The notes below the pieces were generated by a model. That model had not been told where the DNA came from and did not search any database. It worked only from the letters and a program-made list of their open reading frames with translations. This document shows positions 62,201-64,000 of a stretch of DNA of 64,000 nt, piece by piece (within the stretch, counting starts at the first letter, position 1; each line of letters begins with the position of its first letter). The DNA is from an uncultured virus (IMG/VR IMGVR_UViG_3300028392_001454) (Duplodnaviria > Heunggongvirae > Uroviricota > Caudoviricetes > Crassvirales): IMG/VR virus record IMGVR_UViG_3300028392_001454. One strand, written 5' to 3'. The position numbers and the translations under genes were made by a program.

Positions 62201-64000
62201 AACTCCTTTTCTTCTGCTTGTATCTTAGCTAACTGAACTTCTTGCTCTTTTGTTAAAGGCTCACCACCTTGAGATCTTATTATATCCATTCTTCTAATAA
62301 CCATACCACCTTCAGAATCCATTCTAGCTATCATTTGACGTATGTAGAATGATCTACCAGCTACTTTTCCGCTCTCAGATAGTACGTAGTCTGTATTAAG
62401 TATTTTCTGAGTTAACTCCGCAGCTTTCTTAAGTGCATTTTCTTGAGTCACCTTATCTGTTGACATGGTATCCTTTTCTAAAGACTTTAACTGATCAAGA
62501 AGATTAGTTCTATGATAACTCATAGTCGCTAGGTCCTCCTCTGTAGGATTGAATGTAGACTTACCAGTCTCAGATATTTCTTTTTCTATCCTAGAACCCC
62601 AATCATCTATTTTTCTCTCTGCTACGTCAGCTATTGACTCATTAGGTTTAGCCTCTGACTTCATAGTCTTCATAGCGTCATCAACGCTTTTCTCCCAAGA
62701 AACTGTGCCACCTTGTATTTTACCTAATGATTCAATTTCTTCTTTAGGAGTTATACCTTCCTTATGTATTGGTGTTTCTGGATGAAGTGTTTTCTCTAAA
62801 TTATTAATAAGCTCTTTACCGATAGGTCCAATACCTTTTATTTCGTTTCCAGTTGCTGAGTTAACCCATGTCCCTTTCTCGTTTTTAAAGTAGGTCTTGC
62901 CTTTGTAGTCTATCTCTTGTTTCTTAATAGGTTTTTTACTACCCATTAAATCATTTATTTTTTCAGGAGTTAAACCTAATTTATCAGCAACAAATTCTAT
63001 TCCTGCTTTAATATCTGCATCAGACTCTCCAGCCTTTCTTTTAGATTCTATATAATTTCTTATTTGAGAATCTTGTGATTCAACAGAGAATTTAGCACTT
63101 GTTTTTGTTATTTTTGATAATTCAGAACTTGTAATATCACTTACTTTTTTACCGCTTAATATTTCTTTTGCAGCAGCATCTACAAATTGGTTTAAGTTTA
63201 AATTTTGAAATTGTTCAGAAGTCATAGATTCAAATCCTACAACTTTTTTTATAGCATTATATAATTTATCTAACCAATCTTTAAAAGATCTTTTTTGTGC
63301 TTCATTAACAAAAAGTTCTCCTTTATCACCTATTGCTTTAGCTAAAGCTTCATCTGCAACCGCATCTTTAATAGCTTCTACATTTTTACTGTTTTCATTT
63401 ATAACAAATTTCCCTGTATTTTTATCTTTAACAATAGCATCAGCACCAAATTCTGCTTTTATTATTTTTTGATATTGAGAATCATTCAATACAAAGTCGT
63501 GATATTTACTTCCAGTAACTAATTCAACACCTTTAGAATATACTTCTGGCTTATAGTTTTTAGCAAAAGAATTCCAAACATGACCAAATTCATGAATAGG
63601 AGTATTATTATTTAAATACTCTGGATTCAAATATATTCTTCCGTCTTTTACAAAACCATAAGATTTACCGTCTTTATTAAATATTTTTTGTGCTTTAAAA
63701 TCAGATTCAAATTTATTATATTCACTTGAATTTATTTCAACTGATACTCCTGGGAAAGCTTTTTGTAAATATTTAACTAACTTTTCTTGGGCTGATAATT
63801 TTGGATTTTCAAATATTGATATAAATCCAGTTTTAGCTTTTTGTAATAAATTATTAAAAGTAGTACCATTTATTTTTTGAGTATATCTTTCTTCTAATGT
63901 AGATTTACTTAACTTATAACCTTCTTTTTTTAATTTACTAAATAATTCTTCTTTTGATTCACCAGATAAATTAACTCCTTTTTTATCTTTAATTGAAAAT
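59287..64000 (-). CDS. Giant polyvalent injected protein, C-terminal part plus a second zincin-containing N-terminal segment (open at right edge)
   Basis: The frame stays open from 63630 to 64000 (..LVKYLQKAFPGV..YGFVKDGRIYLN..TPIHEFGHVW..EALAKAIGD); long coiled coil and a C-terminal hydrophobic region typical of large ejection proteins. Confidence 0.85.
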   Translation of the reverse strand, partial: FSIKDKKGVNLSGESKEELFSKLKKEGYKLSKSTLEERYTQKINGTTFNNLLQKAKTGFISIFENPKLSAQEKLVKYLQKAFPGVSVEINSSEYNKFESDFKAQKIFNKDGKSYGFVKDGRIYLNPEYLNNNTPIHEFGHVWNSFAKNYKPEVYSKGVELVTGSKYHDFVLNDSQYQKIIKAEFGADAIVKDKNTGKFVINENSKNVEAIKDAVADEALAKAIGDKGELFVNEAQKRSFKDWLDKLYNAIKKVVGFESMTSEQFQNLNLNQFVDAAAKEILSGKKVSDITSSELSKITKTSAKFSVESQDSQIRNYIESKRKAGESDADIKAGIEFVADKLGLTPEKINDLMGSKKPIKKQEIDYKGKTYFKNEKGTWVNSATGNEIKGIGPIGKELINNLEKTLHPETPIHKEGITPKEEIESLGKIQGGTVSWEKSVDDAMKTMKSEAKPNESIADVAERKIDDWGSRIEKEISETGKSTFNPTEEDLATMSYHRTNLLDQLKSLEKDTMSTDKVTQENALKKAAELTQKILNTDYVLSESGKVAGRSFYIRQMIARMDSEGGMVIRRMDIIRSQGGEPLTKEQEVQLAKIQAEEKELANDYDKMPEYSQEDFDAELNRRIKESVSKTKSERINKKLTESGKELADKIRQAKLSKGGLRTDLSLGAYDAAIEAIAKLVENGAKLGDAIKDILKMPEYKDIDENDLIKSILGGMDKKDILDNIKSESKDSLSKVSVAKGDISKLVDTYIEEGLRGRELFDQMNTDLREIYPNITDQQVRDAFLKTGEFKLESKNIIDATKAEAKAELNGIAKLEAQLDNIKENKVKEKNPVKRRKLTEEENALRKKLDTILKSKGIEIERASSKEVEVKKQLAKSFNENVDSILETIDKEIESGNVSNEDIAHLNKVKSDIESTKVNENTSEKINNAVERGIKKLDEVKVDVAGNDNILNKIAETNVENRSNSANNEQDVLLSRHKTNLERKIKSSEEKINNGEFEEKPRTQRLKTDAEAIKLEMKARAIDTKYRRMRDIAAQKNMKWWEKGLSLGQSFLVNELIGGLGTSANVVASGLAKQPLNTLTESTFGLAAHTLFPELSKRAGSEGKISSLKEKQRYRAHYAKLGPEGMKKIWAKTEKNLKTAEDNYNSNPTDKNKEKLRNALVANQSNFIYDWIGSDAWKDSSDVFLKAASTLEEMTGKGEKVGWNKMTGLEKTEMLMGAMGASHGYFKNFSARAEFAASFVSRLDQKSKLGVDISDPNVIIETIDESLVNFMMGKYQQDNYATSAMKSIGQALENPKNPKWEKYGKVASALFKAKYPIIRTGVNIGREAIQEYLLGSMFGSAIHGKAVVKGIFDGVKNSEPIKESITKEIKKMPSDKVDLIFRCYRKGGLGLVMAGLAAMGYLRFGGFTADKDRKRKEGELAQGELELFGHNLGHEGSKPLSHLAFTYPALIIANNNRIMAKEGEDMDKIQKSVTSNMSSMLRTIPVFNEGMSPLYSPSVPYGRAAADISKFYDTNEEGELIGRDKSTLKNRFLQNIGLRKMTPKTPEFMTKEELRAEAKKQKEEIKRRGAN
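62742..62916. repeat. 175-nt direct repeat, copy 2
   Basis: 174/175 identical to 1..175 and in the same reading frame. Confidence 0.97.

Noticed and set aside
1..64000. Stop-codon reassignment as in some crAss-like phages
   Set aside because: Long genes are intact in the standard code and TAA, TAG and TGA all end genes; the single internal TAA at 50105 is isolated.
1..64000. tRNA genes, integrase, introns or inteins
   Set aside because: No cloverleaf or T-loop motif noticed in intergenic gaps, no recombinase motifs, and terL and helicases are uninterrupted. This was by eye only; a tRNAscan run would be decisive.

Overview
The window is essentially one complete, circularly permuted genome (about 62.7 kb) of a lytic tailed phage with podovirus-type architecture. 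Host-type TAnnTTTG promoters and AT-rich leaders lacking Shine-Dalgarno sites point to a Bacteroidota (Flavobacterium-like) host. The minus strand (about 38 kb to 1, continuing 64 kb to 59.3 kb) carries GroEL/GroES, lysis genes, tail fibres, terminase, portal, scaffold, capsid, ring/nozzle proteins, ejection proteins, a ferritin and a giant polyvalent injected protein. The plus strand (38.8-59.3 kb) carries early and replication genes: SAM lyase, SSAP, exonuclease, SSB, primase-helicase, SF2 helicase, VRR-NUC and an A1-like phosphoesterase. I recognised no DNA polymerase, RNA polymerase, integrase or tRNA. Main observations: (1) a canonical type III hammerhead ribozyme in the first early transcript, which would release a structured RNA of about 200 nt; (2) two inverted, spacing-conserved 190-bp origin-like elements either side of the probable genome-end region; (3) two SAM-lyase-like modules, one stand-alone and one inside the injected polyvalent protein; (4) two alternative N-terminal effector cassettes joined to the same C-terminus through a 175-nt repeat; (5) a repeat-delimited array of small ORFs built from shared motifs. 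All functional calls come from motif recognition by eye; no database searches were run.
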